Shown here piece by piece: positions 20,184 through 33,398 of a stretch of 64,000 bases of DNA. Every line of letters begins with the position of its first letter. Position 1 is the stretch's first letter. The DNA is from an uncultured delta proteobacterium (lineage in GTDB: Bacteria; Myxococcota; UBA727; VGSZ01): NCBI GenBank assembly GCA_963775425.1, contig CAVZJB010000001.1, positions 21,927 to 85,926 of the forward strand, read 5' to 3'. Both the position numbers and the translations under genes were made by a program. Below the pieces are notes generated by a model. The model searched no databases. It had not been told where the DNA came from and saw nothing but the letters and a program-made list of their open reading frames with translations.

Positions 20184-21304
20184 CGCGCGCTCAGCTCCAC
20201 CCGCGCGGCGCCACGCTCATCGAGCTGATGGTCTCGCTGTCGCTGATGGCCGTGGTGCTCGCCGTCACCATCGGCGTCATCGTCGGCGCCGCACAGAGCG
20301 GCGCCCGCGCCCGCGCCCGCGCCGGGCTCGCGCGCCAGGGCCAGTACCTCAACACGCTCCTGTCCAACGAGCTGCGCATGGCCGGCCTCGGCGTCCCGGC
20401 GGCGTCCGGCACGCACATCGACGACGCCTACGCCGGCGCCGGCGACACCACCTTCGACACCGACGTCATCCTCGCCACCTCGACCTCCGTCGGCATCGTC
20501 GGCGACTTCCCGCGGCCCACGCGGCAGTACAACACGCTCGGCACCCTCGACGGCCACGCCGCCGGCGGGCCCAGCGACGTCATGTGGCACACGGAGAACA
20601 ACGGCTCGTGCGCGCCGCAGACCGGCAGCGGGAGCTGCAGCACGGCGAGCACCAGCTTGTTCTTCCCCGGCGAGTCCGGCTGCAACACCGGCGGCGCCGT
20701 CGACGACCGCACCTGTCCGTGGGGCATGCGGCGCGTGAGCGACGGCGAGTCCATCCAGGTGGTGAGCGGCGCCATGCGCTGGACGCACGCGCACGCGAGC
20801 AACCCGCTGACCATGAGCACCTTCGGCACCAACGGCTTGTTGTCGTTGCACCTGTCGACGGCCTGGAGCTCCGCCGTCTGGCCCAACGACAGCAACAGCG
20901 CCGCGCCCACGGCGGTCACCGGCGAGGGCTTCGTCACCAGCATCGACCGCGTCTTCTATTTCTTCGACTCGAGCGCCCACACCATCTCGCGCATCCAGTG
21001 CTTCGGCGATCCCGCGCCGCAGGACACAAACTGGCCCAACCTCGCCAACAACACGCTGCCGTCCATCAGCTCGCTCGAGGTGACGCCCAACGGCGGCTCG
21101 CAGAACACGTGCGTCGGGCCCGAGGTCGTCGCGCAGCACGTGGAGACCGTGCAGCTCGACTACTTCGACAACACGGGCGCCACGGCCGCCGGCAAGGCCG
21201 CGGTCACGCGCATCGACTGGACCATCAAGCTGCGCACCGTCGTCGACGGGCGCCAGGTGGATCAAGACGTCGTCGGCACCGCGAAGATCAGGAACCTCTC
21301 ATGA
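20180..21304 (+). CDS. PilW/GspJ-like minor pilin
   Basis: G|ATLIELMVSL, LSNELRMAG, VVAQHVETVQLDYFD, C-terminal AKIRNL. Confidence 0.85.
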   Translation: MTRAQLHPRGATLIELMVSLSLMAVVLAVTIGVIVGAAQSGARARARAGLARQGQYLNTLLSNELRMAGLGVPAASGTHIDDAYAGAGDTTFDTDVILATSTSVGIVGDFPRPTRQYNTLGTLDGHAAGGPSDVMWHTENNGSCAPQTGSGSCSTASTSLFFPGESGCNTGGAVDDRTCPWGMRRVSDGESIQVVSGAMRWTHAHASNPLTMSTFGTNGLLSLHLSTAWSSAVWPNDSNSAAPTAVTGEGFVTSIDRVFYFFDSSAHTISRIQCFGDPAPQDTNWPNLANNTLPSISSLEVTPNGGSQNTCVGPEVVAQHVETVQLDYFDNTGATAAGKAAVTRIDWTIKLRTVVDGRQVDQDVVGTAKIRNLS

Positions 21305-23565
21305 GCGCAGTCAAGAAGAACCCGCGCGGGTTCATCATCCTCATCATCCTGGCCGTCATCGCGACGTCGAGCGTCATCCTCGCCACGCAGCTCAGCAGCG
21401 TGTCGGGGCAAAACGGCGCCAAGATCCGCACCAACGAAGAGGTGAAGGCGCGCGACGTCGCCGAGTATTGCCTCGAGGTCGCCGACGCCTACGCCGTCGC
21501 CGTCGGCAACTCCCAGGTCGACTTCGACACGCTGCTCGACCCCAACGGCGTCATCGAGGCCGACGGCGCCGGCGACGACTTCCTCCCACCCGCTACGCTT
21601 CTGTCCGGCGCCACCAGCATCGTCGCCATCCCGCCGGCGCAGACCACGTCGCACTTCCGCTTCCGCGCGTTCGCCGTCTCACCGAGCAGCGGCGGCGACC
21701 CCATCGGCACCTGCTTCATCCGCTACGACGACAACAGCGACGACGACAACAGCTTCCCGGACTCGTCGGTCACCGGCAACACCAACGGCGTCGCGGAGGG
21801 CCCGAGCGCCCCCAACAACGGCGCCGACGTCGCCGAGCGCGATCGCGACCGCACCATCATCACCACGGTCGTCGGCGTGGTGCCCGCGCGCAGCGACCAA
21901 TCCACCGCCTACGTGCAGGCCCACGCGCGTGCCACGGTGCGCCGCGTCCGCGCCATGCCCTCCGCGGTCGCGGGAGGCGCCGCCATCCAGGCCGGGGGCA
22001 CCGTGGACTTCGACGGCGCCATCTGCGGCAGGACCGCCGGCCTGCTGGCCGACGAGGTCAAGGGCGGCGTCTGCGTGTGCGGCAAGCTCGACGCGCAGTT
22101 GGTGAGCGGCAGCCAGGGCACCACCGACGGCGATTGCGGCTGTCCGAAGTGCGCGCCGTCGACCGGCTCCACCACCACGTCGGGCCCCCGCGCCGATCCG
22201 ACCATCGACGTGCCGGCCTTCGGGACGCTCTTGTCCAACAAAGGGTTCGGCACCGTCACCTCGGACGGCTCCTTCACCGCCAGCAACAACATCGCGTCCG
22301 CCACGTTCGGCGCGGCGGTGGTCTACCTCAGGAACAAGGTCAACGCCCCCGCCGGCAGCGACGGAGCGGCCGGCACCACCGACGTCTTCGCCTGGGATCG
22401 CTTCGACGCCGACACGAATGCGACGCTCACCGCGGGCGGCGCGGCCGTGAACGGCACCGGCAACGCCACCAAGGACTGCACGGACACGAGCGGCCTCGAT
22501 CCCATCCCCGATCCCTGCGGCTGGGACCTCGCGGGCAAGGCCCTCACCTGCTCCACGGCGCAGAGCCAGTGCTGGAAGCTCGTCGCGCGGCTCGGCGACG
22601 GCGCCGCCGCCGACATCGACATCACGGGCACCGCCGTCACCGAGCAAGCCGACGCGGCCGGCACCGGCTTTCTGGCGCGCAGCGGCAACCTGCCGAACTT
22701 CAAGAACACCGGCGCCAACACCGCGCGCTGGCGCGACGTCGCGCCGGGGACCGGGAGCGGCGGCAACGACGGCCCGTCCTGCACGTCCTGCACGGCCAGC
22801 GCGGCGTTCATCACGACGTCGGGCACGGACTACGCGGTGTCGTCGTCCAACACGCTCGCCGACGTCCCCCACATGATCATCGTCATCGACAGCGCGTCCG
22901 CGAGCACCACGACGGTGGGCTCGCTGTCGCGCACGGGCTCCAAGATCTCGGTGTTCAGCAACAACAACATCGAGATCGCGGGCAGCCACCAGTGCTGCGC
23001 CACCTGCTCCTGCACGCAGAACTGCAGCTCCGGCACCACCATGACGGCGACGACCAACGGTCCCGCGCTCGCCATCCGCACCGACCGCGACTGCGCCGAC
23101 ACGTCGACGTTCGGCATCATCGGCCAGATCATGTGCCGCGAGCTCGACCTCGGGAACAGCAACAACAACTGCAGCGTCGGCGGGCTCATCGGCCTCGGAG
23201 ACCCGGTCACCGACCCGGTCACCGCCGGCGGCGGCACGCTCGACTGCAAGCTCCCCGGCGCGAGCAAGACCAACTCCATCTGCGAGGACAAGGCCAACTT
23301 CTGCGTGAAGAACAACTTCGACCTGGTCGGAGACCTCTCCTGCGCCGGCAACATCTGCATGAAGAACAACCTCGACATGCACGGCGGCGTCATCCAGACG
23401 CTCGGCAGCATCGGCTGGAAGAACAACCCCGTCGCGGCCGGCCAGATCCGCGCCGGCGGCGACATCGTCGGGAAGAACAACGCCACCATCACGTTCGACG
23501 GCAACGCCGGCGCCACCGAGAACCAGGGCGTGGCGCAGGCGATGTGGATGGACGCCACGTGGTAG
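21301..23565 (+). CDS. Large PilX/GspK-like pilin with Cys-rich C-terminal adhesin-like extension
   Basis: G|FIILIILAVI without E5 (PilX hallmark), ARDVAEY motif; 754 aa with many Cys and four C-terminal KNN repeats. Confidence 0.75.
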   Translation: MSAVKKNPRGFIILIILAVIATSSVILATQLSSVSGQNGAKIRTNEEVKARDVAEYCLEVADAYAVAVGNSQVDFDTLLDPNGVIEADGAGDDFLPPATLLSGATSIVAIPPAQTTSHFRFRAFAVSPSSGGDPIGTCFIRYDDNSDDDNSFPDSSVTGNTNGVAEGPSAPNNGADVAERDRDRTIITTVVGVVPARSDQSTAYVQAHARATVRRVRAMPSAVAGGAAIQAGGTVDFDGAICGRTAGLLADEVKGGVCVCGKLDAQLVSGSQGTTDGDCGCPKCAPSTGSTTTSGPRADPTIDVPAFGTLLSNKGFGTVTSDGSFTASNNIASATFGAAVVYLRNKVNAPAGSDGAAGTTDVFAWDRFDADTNATLTAGGAAVNGTGNATKDCTDTSGLDPIPDPCGWDLAGKALTCSTAQSQCWKLVARLGDGAAADIDITGTAVTEQADAAGTGFLARSGNLPNFKNTGANTARWRDVAPGTGSGGNDGPSCTSCTASAAFITTSGTDYAVSSSNTLADVPHMIIVIDSASASTTTVGSLSRTGSKISVFSNNNIEIAGSHQCCATCSCTQNCSSGTTMTATTNGPALAIRTDRDCADTSTFGIIGQIMCRELDLGNSNNNCSVGGLIGLGDPVTDPVTAGGGTLDCKLPGASKTNSICEDKANFCVKNNFDLVGDLSCAGNICMKNNLDMHGGVIQTLGSIGWKNNPVAAGQIRAGGDIVGKNNATITFDGNAGATENQGVAQAMWMDATW

Positions 23566-23575
23566 ACCGGAGCCG

Positions 23576-24628
<1,053 letters not shown>

Positions 24629-24670
24629 GCCGCTGCGCGGGCGGCGGCGTCGCCGTGGCGCGGGGCAGGC

Positions 24671-25711
24671 TCACTCGCAGGTGGCGGTCTTCGAGCGGCG
24701 CTCGAGGTGGATGGCCTCGCCGTCGAAGTCGAGGTCGAGGGTGTCGTCGGTGAGGCCGCGGACGGGGGCGTCGACGTGCTCGCCGAACGCGGAGAAGGCG
24801 ACGCGCGGCGGGTCTTCCTCGGCTTTCCAGGTGCCGTGGACGGTGGGCATGTCGTCGGGGTCGAAGTCGCCGTCGCCCGCGCCCGCGGCCTCGTAGCGCA
24901 CGGCGTAGGCGCCGTCGTCGCAGAGGGCGTTGACGTTTCGCAGCGGGCCCTCGTCGTACGTCCAGGTGCCGACGAGCCGGTCGTGGAGCGAGGGCGCCCC
25001 CGGTCCCTGTTCCTCCTCCTCGCCGTCGCCGTCGCCCTCGTCCTCGTCACCCGCGGGGGCCGCGGTGTCGGCGTGGGGGGCGCCGGCGCCGTCCGCGGGA
25101 GGGCCCGCGTCCACCGGGGCCTTCGCCGGCGCGGGCTTGTGCCGCGCGTGGTGCTCGTGACGGGCGACCTTCACCGGCGCCGTCGAGCGCAGCGCGTCGA
25201 AGTCGGCCTCGACGGCGCGGGCGAGCGCGGCGAGCTTTGCGTCGTCGTGCGCGGAGTACGCCTCGACGAGGGCGGCGGCGCGCGCGGCGGGCGCCCCCGG
25301 CAGGTGCGCCTTCACCAGCGCGCGCGCGTACGTGACGAGCGCGGCGCGCGCGACCCCGTCCCGGTCGCACCCGGCCGCCGCCGGCGGAAGGACGACGCAG
25401 GCGACGTCGTCGTCCCACCGCGGCGCGCACGACGGCGGCGCCGTGACCTCGTCGACGCCGGGGGTACAGGCGCGCGGCGCCACGGCCACGCTCATGCCCG
25501 CGCGCGCGAGGGCGTCGCCGAAGCCGGCGAGCGCGGCCTGGACGTCCACGCGCGCAGGCGGCGGCGCGGACTTCTCCGTCGCGCAGCCGGCGACGACGAC
25601 GACGGCGGCGGCGACGAGAGGCGGCGGCGGCGGCGATCGCGCGGCGTGTGTGGCTCGCGCGGCTCGTGCGGGGGACCGTCCCCCGCGCCACGACCACCAC
25701 GAGCGGGAGCG

Positions 25712-25715
<4 letters not shown>
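24671..25715 (-). pseudogene. Probable lipoprotein with an apparent frameshift near 25620 (or sequencing error)
   Basis: The main frame (24671..25549) extends upstream into LVAAAVVVVAGC (lipobox) with no in-frame start. The GTG at 25715, overlapping the upstream stop, is in another frame and joins near 25620. Confidence 0.5.
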
Positions 25716-27295
<1,580 letters not shown>

Positions 27296-27356
27296 GGCGC
27301 GGCACCCTAACCAGGGCGCGTCGACAAAGGAAAGGGCCGGGGTTAAACCGACGGGG

Positions 27357-28673
27357 ATGCCCCCGCTGCTCGCCCTCCTGTTGCTGGCCCCGGCGGCCGA
27401 GCGCACCACCCTCGTCCTGGACGCCCCCGTGCCCCCGGAGCCGCGGTACTCCCAGTCCATCTCGGTGGTGGCCCACCTCGCCAGGGAGAGCGACGGGTCC
27501 GCCGTGGCCGGCGCCGACTGCCAGGCCTTCGGTGGCGCCCCCTGCAGCGTCATCATCAGCGTCGCCCCCGCCGACGACCCGGGCGCCGCCGTCGTCGTCA
27601 ACGCGCAGGGGTTCGTCACGGACACCGAAGGAGCCACCAGCGGCGCCCACGTCCTGTTCGTCGACGGCGTCCCCGACCAGGCCACGCACTACGCCGCCGC
27701 CACCGACGGCGCGCCCTACGTCATCCGGGCGCGCTTCCTCGGGGCCGGCGCCGGCGCCGCCGCCGGCAACCCCGACTGCGCGCCCGACGCCGCGGAGACC
27801 GGCGGGGCCGGCCTGTGCCCGAGCGAGGCCACCGTCGACGTCTCGCTGTTTTCGGAGACCTCGAGCGTCGTCCTCGGCGAGGGCCTCGAGGCCAACCTCG
27901 GCGACACCCTCACCCTGTCCGCCAACGTCTTCGACCCCAACGGCGACAGCGACGGCAGCGACGTCGACGGCCCGGGGCCGAAGAACCTCGTGGGCGTCGA
28001 CGTCACCTTCTTTTACGACGTCGACAACAACGGCCACGCCAGCGCCGACGAGGCCATCGGCACCGCCCCCACCAACGCGGCCGGGGTGGCGTCCACGGAC
28101 TTCACGCTCGACCCGCAGTTCATCCGGGCGGGCACCTACGACAGCGGCATCCAGGCCGAGTACTCCGGCGACGATCACTTCGGCGTCGCGCGCGCGTCGG
28201 TCCGCATCGTCGTGCACCCCGCCGGCATCGACGTGTCGCGCACCGTCATCGAGGCGGACCCCGACACCATCCCCGCCGACGGCTTCTCCTCGAGCGAGTT
28301 GCGCGTCCGCCTCGTCGACACCTTCAACAACCCGCTCGACGAAAACAGCGATCCGCACGACGTCTCGCTCAGCACCACGCTCGGGGTCTTGAACGGCACG
28401 GTCGAGCGCGACCTCCTGAACGGCACGTACACGCAGGTGCTCCAGGCGCAGCGCAAGGGCGGCACGGCCACCGTGACCGTCACCGTCGACGGCGAGGAGG
28501 GCCCGTCGCGCACGGTGGAGATCGTGGGCGGCACCGGCTGCCACTGCGGCTCGGTCGACGACGTCCCCGGCATTTCCCTCGCGCTTGCGTGCTTGGCGGC
28601 GATCCGGCTGCGGCTGCGGCGTCGGCGTCGTGCCCGCCGGGGATGGCGGGGAGCGCGACAGCGCGCGCACTGA
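27357..28673 (+). CDS. Ig-like (invasin/Big_1) surface protein with MYXO-CTERM-like tail
   Basis: IPADGFSSSELRVRLVDTFNNPL...NGTYTQVL resembles Big_1; tail GCHCG + hydrophobic + poly-Arg. Confidence 0.75.
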   Translation: MPPLLALLLLAPAAERTTLVLDAPVPPEPRYSQSISVVAHLARESDGSAVAGADCQAFGGAPCSVIISVAPADDPGAAVVVNAQGFVTDTEGATSGAHVLFVDGVPDQATHYAAATDGAPYVIRARFLGAGAGAAAGNPDCAPDAAETGGAGLCPSEATVDVSLFSETSSVVLGEGLEANLGDTLTLSANVFDPNGDSDGSDVDGPGPKNLVGVDVTFFYDVDNNGHASADEAIGTAPTNAAGVASTDFTLDPQFIRAGTYDSGIQAEYSGDDHFGVARASVRIVVHPAGIDVSRTVIEADPDTIPADGFSSSELRVRLVDTFNNPLDENSDPHDVSLSTTLGVLNGTVERDLLNGTYTQVLQAQRKGGTATVTVTVDGEEGPSRTVEIVGGTGCHCGSVDDVPGISLALACLAAIRLRLRRRRRARRGWRGARQRAH

Positions 28674-28714
28674 CGGAGCGCCCCTCGTTTGCGGGTCGAT
28701 GCTACAACTCTGCG

Positions 28715-30421
28715 ATGACGGAGACCTTCCTCGCGCTGCGGCGGGACCTGCGCGCGCTCCCCGCGAAGAAGCGGCTGGACCGCATCCTCGAGCGCAAGGA
28801 CGCGCTCAAGGTGGTGCGGGCGCTGCCCACCGAGGACGTGTACGCCACGCTCCGCGAGGTCGGCCTCGAGGACTCCCTCGAGCTCCTCGAGCTGTGCGCG
28901 CCACGACAGGTGCAGGGCTTCCTCGATCTCGACGGCTGGCGCGGCGACCGCATCGACAGCGGCTCCATGGCCTTGTGGCTTCGCGCGCTCTTCGCCGCCA
29001 ACGCCGACCGCGCCGTCGGCCAGTTGCGCGGGCTCGACATCGAGCTGCTCACGCTCCTCGTGAAGCTCCACTGCCGCATCTACGACCTGTCGCAGGAGGA
29101 GGAGCCCGAGGAGGAGGTGGGGCTGCACTCGATGACGCCCGACCGGCGCTACCTCATCGTCTACGGCGGCATCGGCGACGACGAGGACATGCAGCGCGTG
29201 ATGAAGGCCGCCATCGATCGCCTGATGACCCGCGACCTGCTCTTCGTGCTCCGCCTGTGCGAGGCCGCGCGCTGGGATCTGCCGTCGTCGCTCGAGGAGG
29301 ACGCCTTCCGCTGGCGCAACGCGCGCCTGGCCGACCTCGGCTTCTCCCCGCGCCACGAGGCGCTCGAGGTGTTCGCCTGGCGCGACCCCGACGCGCCGCT
29401 GGAGCCGCCGCCCCCGCCGGGGCCGCCCGCGGCCGCCGACGACCCCGAGGCGCCGTCCACCGACCTGTCGACGTCGGTGCTGTTTCCGTGGGACGCGCTC
29501 AAGGAGGGCGCCGCCGCGTTCGCCCAGGCCACGCGCGATCTGCCCGAGGCCGTGAAGGAGCGCGTCGCGCACCAGACGATGCTCGTCGCCAACGAGGTCC
29601 ACTGCGCCGACGGCGGCGACACCGGCGACCCGGAGGCCTTGCGGGCGACGGCGCAGCAGGTGGTGGACACGGTCGGCGTCGCCCTCAGCTACCGCTGCGC
29701 GGGCGACCCGCAGCAGCTCCCGGCCGTCCTGTTGTCGACGTCGGTGAAGACGCTGTTTCGCGTCGGACACTCGCTGTCGCTCAAGCTGCAGACCGAGCTC
29801 AAGGCGCGCATCGACGCGCGCGACTCCGGCCTTCAGGGAAACGGCGTGCTCCGCCTGGACTCCCCGCTGCGCGAGGCCGCCGCGGGCCTGTTGCGCGCGC
29901 GGCCGCTCCTGTTCTGCGGCCTGCTCGATCCGCGGCGCGTGGACTACCGGCCGCCGTCGTCGTTGGTGGAGCTGGCGGCGCTGTCGCGGGCGGTGCTCGA
30001 GATCGGCTTTCGCGGGGCGCTGCTCGGCCCCCGCGGCTTCGGCGCCACCGACGCCGTGCTCGCGTCCCACGGCGCCGCCGACGCCGCGGAGCAGCCGAGC
30101 CACGGCGCGCTCCTCGGCGCCTTGCTCGCGCGCGTGATGCTCGGCGCGGACCCGGCCGTGGCCCCCCTCGACGACGATCAGCTCGTCGCGCTCCGCAAGG
30201 CCGTGGACGACGGGGAGCGCCGCACGCGCGCCGTCGACGCCGTGGCCGCGAGCGCGCGGGCGTTCGCGCCGCTGCCGGGGGCGCCCGGCGCCGGCGACGT
30301 CGAGGCGCGCACGCGCACCTACGCCTCACAGGTGATGGACGCGGTCACGAGCGAGCTGAGGTTGCTGGACACGGACCCCGATCGCCGCTTCCTGGCGAGC
30401 GTGTGGGCCGTCCGCGCGTAG
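28715..30421 (+). CDS. DUF6178-like conserved protein
   Basis: VVRALPTEDVYATLREVGLEDSLELL...FLDLDGW and LEEDAFRWRNARLADLGF patterns recognised from this family. Confidence 0.7.
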   Translation: MTETFLALRRDLRALPAKKRLDRILERKDALKVVRALPTEDVYATLREVGLEDSLELLELCAPRQVQGFLDLDGWRGDRIDSGSMALWLRALFAANADRAVGQLRGLDIELLTLLVKLHCRIYDLSQEEEPEEEVGLHSMTPDRRYLIVYGGIGDDEDMQRVMKAAIDRLMTRDLLFVLRLCEAARWDLPSSLEEDAFRWRNARLADLGFSPRHEALEVFAWRDPDAPLEPPPPPGPPAAADDPEAPSTDLSTSVLFPWDALKEGAAAFAQATRDLPEAVKERVAHQTMLVANEVHCADGGDTGDPEALRATAQQVVDTVGVALSYRCAGDPQQLPAVLLSTSVKTLFRVGHSLSLKLQTELKARIDARDSGLQGNGVLRLDSPLREAAAGLLRARPLLFCGLLDPRRVDYRPPSSLVELAALSRAVLEIGFRGALLGPRGFGATDAVLASHGAADAAEQPSHGALLGALLARVMLGADPAVAPLDDDQLVALRKAVDDGERRTRAVDAVAASARAFAPLPGAPGAGDVEARTRTYASQVMDAVTSELRLLDTDPDRRFLASVWAVRA

Positions 30422-30428
30422 CCCGCCG

Positions 30429-31139
30429 TCACTCGCCGAGGACGAAGTAGAGCACGGCGCCGGCGGCGAGGCCGACGACGCCGGCGGCGGTGGAGCCGAC
30501 GCCTACCCAGCCGAGCGTGACTGCCTGCTCCTTGTCGGGGCCGGTGCTGGTCTTGTCCTCGAGGACGGGCTCGGAGGTGCCGACGAGGATGCCGCCGGCG
30601 GCGAGCGCGAGGAGGCCGATGCCGCCGGCGAAGAGCGCGCCGCTTTGCATGGGCGTGAGCTCGACGCCGCCGGCCGCGGGCACTTTGTCACCCTCGTGCG
30701 CGGCGCCGTGGTCGACCTCGACGTGGACGGGGGCCACGGCCTTCACCCAGGTGCGCACGTCGTCGGGGAGGAGCGGCCCCTCCTTCATCTCCTTGTCGCC
30801 GAAGCCGATGTTGGCGGAGACCTCCTTGTCACCGCCCGCGCCCGTGGCGGTGAGCTGCATGACGGTGCCGACGCGCACGAGGTCGACGACGAGGAGCGCC
30901 GCGGGCGGGTCCGTGAGCACGACGCGGGCGCGCTCCACGCAGCCCGCGTCCGGCCCGCAGGGCGGGTCCACGGCGGGCGCGGCGACGACGACGGCGCCGA
31001 GCGCGGCGAGCTCCTTTTCGAGCTCGACGCTCACCTCGCCCACCTCCTTGTCGCTGAAGCCGACGCTCGGCTGCAGCGCGAGCCCGACGGTGGGGCCGGC
31101 GGCGGGAGCGAGGAGGGAGAGCGCGAAGATCGCGAGCAT
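30429..31139 (-). CDS. Exported hypothetical protein with C-terminal hydrophobic helices
   Basis: Signal peptide, CxxxxxC pair, Gly-rich C-terminal helices; directly downstream of the kinase. Confidence 0.65.
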   Translation of the reverse strand: MLAIFALSLLAPAAGPTVGLALQPSVGFSDKEVGEVSVELEKELAALGAVVVAAPAVDPPCGPDAGCVERARVVLTDPPAALLVVDLVRVGTVMQLTATGAGGDKEVSANIGFGDKEMKEGPLLPDDVRTWVKAVAPVHVEVDHGAAHEGDKVPAAGGVELTPMQSGALFAGGIGLLALAAGGILVGTSEPVLEDKTSTGPDKEQAVTLGWVGVGSTAAGVVGLAAGAVLYFVLGE

Positions 31140-31149
31140 GGCGGCGAGG

Positions 31150-33276
31150 CTACTTCCGTTTCGCCATCAACCCAAAAGCCCGGTTCAGCTTCTGGTTGGC
31201 GGTCTCGTATTGGCCGGCGGCGAAGCCCGCGGCGGCGTCGCGTGCGAGGGGCTCGACCTTGTCGGCGATGTCGGGGCGCCGCGCGCGGTCGTAGACCTTG
31301 TTGAAGCGGTTGATCTTGGTGAGGACGAAGGCGCGATCGACCTTTTGCGCATCGACGGCCGCGCGCGCGCTCTGCACGAGGCGCTCGGCTTCGCCGCGCT
31401 TGCCGCGCGCGTTCAGGATGTGCGCGCGCTCGAGCTGCCGCGCGGCCTGTGGCATATCGAACGTGAGGATGCCCTTGCTCCTCATGGCGGCGCGCACCCG
31501 GCCGACGCCCTGCTCCACCCGCGGGTCCGCGTGCGGCCGGTGCGTCCCGTTTGGCGGCGGCGTCTCCACGGGCTGCGGCGTGTTGTCGAAGTTGAAGCCG
31601 CTGGCGTCGCCCTCGCCCTCGCCCTCGCCCTCGCCCTCGCCCTCGGCCGCGGCGCCGGCGTCGACGACGGCGGCCGGGTGATCGTCCTCGTGGTGATCGC
31701 CGGGCGCGACCTCGCCCTCGCCGCCGGTGTGCGCGGGGTCCGCGGCGGCGTGGTCGACGTCGGGGACGTCCGTCGCGACGCCGGACACGCCCGCGTCCGC
31801 GCCGCCGCCGCCGCCGCCGATGGCGACGCCGGCGACGATGACGATGACGGCGACCACGGCGGCGCCCGCGGCGATGAGCCGCTTGTCGAAGCCCTTGCTG
31901 ATGGCGGCGCGCTCGTCGCGCTCGAGGTCGAACTTGGCGATGCGCACCGTGGGCTCGAGCGGCCGCAGCGGCTCGTCGGGCACCGCCGGCGCCTCGACGG
32001 TGTCGCCCGGCTCCGCGTCCGCCTCCGCCGAGCGGTCGGTGGGGATGGAGGCGGGCCTCGTCGACGCGTCCGTCTTCTGCTCGGCCAACGGATCGGGCGC
32101 GGCCGCTCCCTCGGGGTGCTGATCGACGACGGCGCCGGTGACGAGCGGCAGCTCCCCGGAGGGCCCGTCGCCCACGTGGGTGCCGAGCGACAGATCCGGC
32201 ATGCGCGCGTCGACGACGGTCTGGCCTGCCTGGCCCTGGTTCGTCACCGTGATGGGCGGGTCGGGCAGCGCGCTGTTGTCACCCGGCGGCAGGGGCGTCT
32301 CGTGGGTGTGGTCGGCGGGCGACGACGACGACGGTGACGACGGCGACGGCGCGGCCTTTCCGTCCGAGGCGGCATCGCGGATGACGCCCGACGGCGCCCA
32401 GCGGGCGAAGTCGCCGGTGGCGCCCCGGGTCGGCGGCTGGGCGCTGCTCTCGAACAGGCGCTCCACCTCGCCGAGCGCCTCCTCGAAGGCCTGGGCGGAG
32501 GCGAAGCGCGCCTCGGGGTCCTTCTCCATCGAGCGAGCGACGACGTCGGCGAGGCGCGCGGGCACGTCGGGCTGGATGATGTCGATCCGCTGCGGGGGCT
32601 GGCTGCGGATCATCTCGAGCATCTCGATGGCGCCCGCGGCGGCGTTGTAGGGCAGCTTGCCTGCGAGCGTGACGTAGGCCACGACGCCGAGCGAGTAGAT
32701 GTCCGTGCGCACCGACGGCGACACGCCCGTGAAGATCTCCGGCGCGATGAAGCGCATGGAGCCGACGGCGGTGCCCGGCCGCGTCACCCGCGAGACGTCC
32801 TGCGCGGTGGCGGTGCCGAAGTCGAGGATCATCGGGTCGTCGCCGGCGCGCACGATGATGTTCGCCGGCTTGAGGTCGCGGTGGATGACGCCGGCGGCGT
32901 GCGCCGCGGCGAGCGCCGGACACACGCCGCGCAGGATGCGCGTGGCGCGCAAGGGGTCGAGGCGCCCCTCGTTCTTCAAGATCTTGAGGAGGGTCTGGCC
33001 CTCGACGTAGTCCATCGTGATGAAGAAGGCGTCGCCCTCCTCATGCAGATCGAAGAGGCGACACACGCCCGGGTGCGCGATGCGCCGCGCGAGCAAGAGC
33101 TCGCGCTTGAAGCGGTCGCGCACGGCGGTGTCCTGCGTCAGCCACGGGTGGAGGATCTTCACCGCCACCTGCGCGTCGAGCGCGGTGTCGGTCGCGATCC
33201 ACACGACCCCGTGGCTGCCCTGCCCGATCTCTCGATCGAGCTGGAACCTGCCGAGCTTGTCTCCCACCTGCCACAT
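31150..33276 (-). CDS. Membrane Ser/Thr protein kinase
   Basis: IGQGSHGVV, VAVK, HRDLKPAN, DFG, APE, DIYSLG; TM helix, EG tract and helical extracytoplasmic tail. Start 33276 or 33288. Confidence 0.92.
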   Translation of the reverse strand: MWQVGDKLGRFQLDREIGQGSHGVVWIATDTALDAQVAVKILHPWLTQDTAVRDRFKRELLLARRIAHPGVCRLFDLHEEGDAFFITMDYVEGQTLLKILKNEGRLDPLRATRILRGVCPALAAAHAAGVIHRDLKPANIIVRAGDDPMILDFGTATAQDVSRVTRPGTAVGSMRFIAPEIFTGVSPSVRTDIYSLGVVAYVTLAGKLPYNAAAGAIEMLEMIRSQPPQRIDIIQPDVPARLADVVARSMEKDPEARFASAQAFEEALGEVERLFESSAQPPTRGATGDFARWAPSGVIRDAASDGKAAPSPSSPSSSSPADHTHETPLPPGDNSALPDPPITVTNQGQAGQTVVDARMPDLSLGTHVGDGPSGELPLVTGAVVDQHPEGAAAPDPLAEQKTDASTRPASIPTDRSAEADAEPGDTVEAPAVPDEPLRPLEPTVRIAKFDLERDERAAISKGFDKRLIAAGAAVVAVIVIVAGVAIGGGGGGADAGVSGVATDVPDVDHAAADPAHTGGEGEVAPGDHHEDDHPAAVVDAGAAAEGEGEGEGEGEGDASGFNFDNTPQPVETPPPNGTHRPHADPRVEQGVGRVRAAMRSKGILTFDMPQAARQLERAHILNARGKRGEAERLVQSARAAVDAQKVDRAFVLTKINRFNKVYDRARRPDIADKVEPLARDAAAGFAAGQYETANQKLNRAFGLMAKRK

Positions 33277-33398
33277 GCGCGACTCCATCTTAGAGCGGCT
33301 CCGTTCCACGCACGTCTTTTGGGGCAAGCCCAATTCGTTTGTGGCCCCGGAATCCCCCTTTTCGCTCGGCCGCCGGGGGGCCTGGTAGCATACGAGAC

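Noticed and set aside
31147-31152. TAGCCT (and TAGGCT near 4081-4086) as leaderless -10 boxes
   Set aside because: In both cases the TAG is the upstream gene's stop codon, so they were not counted as independent evidence.
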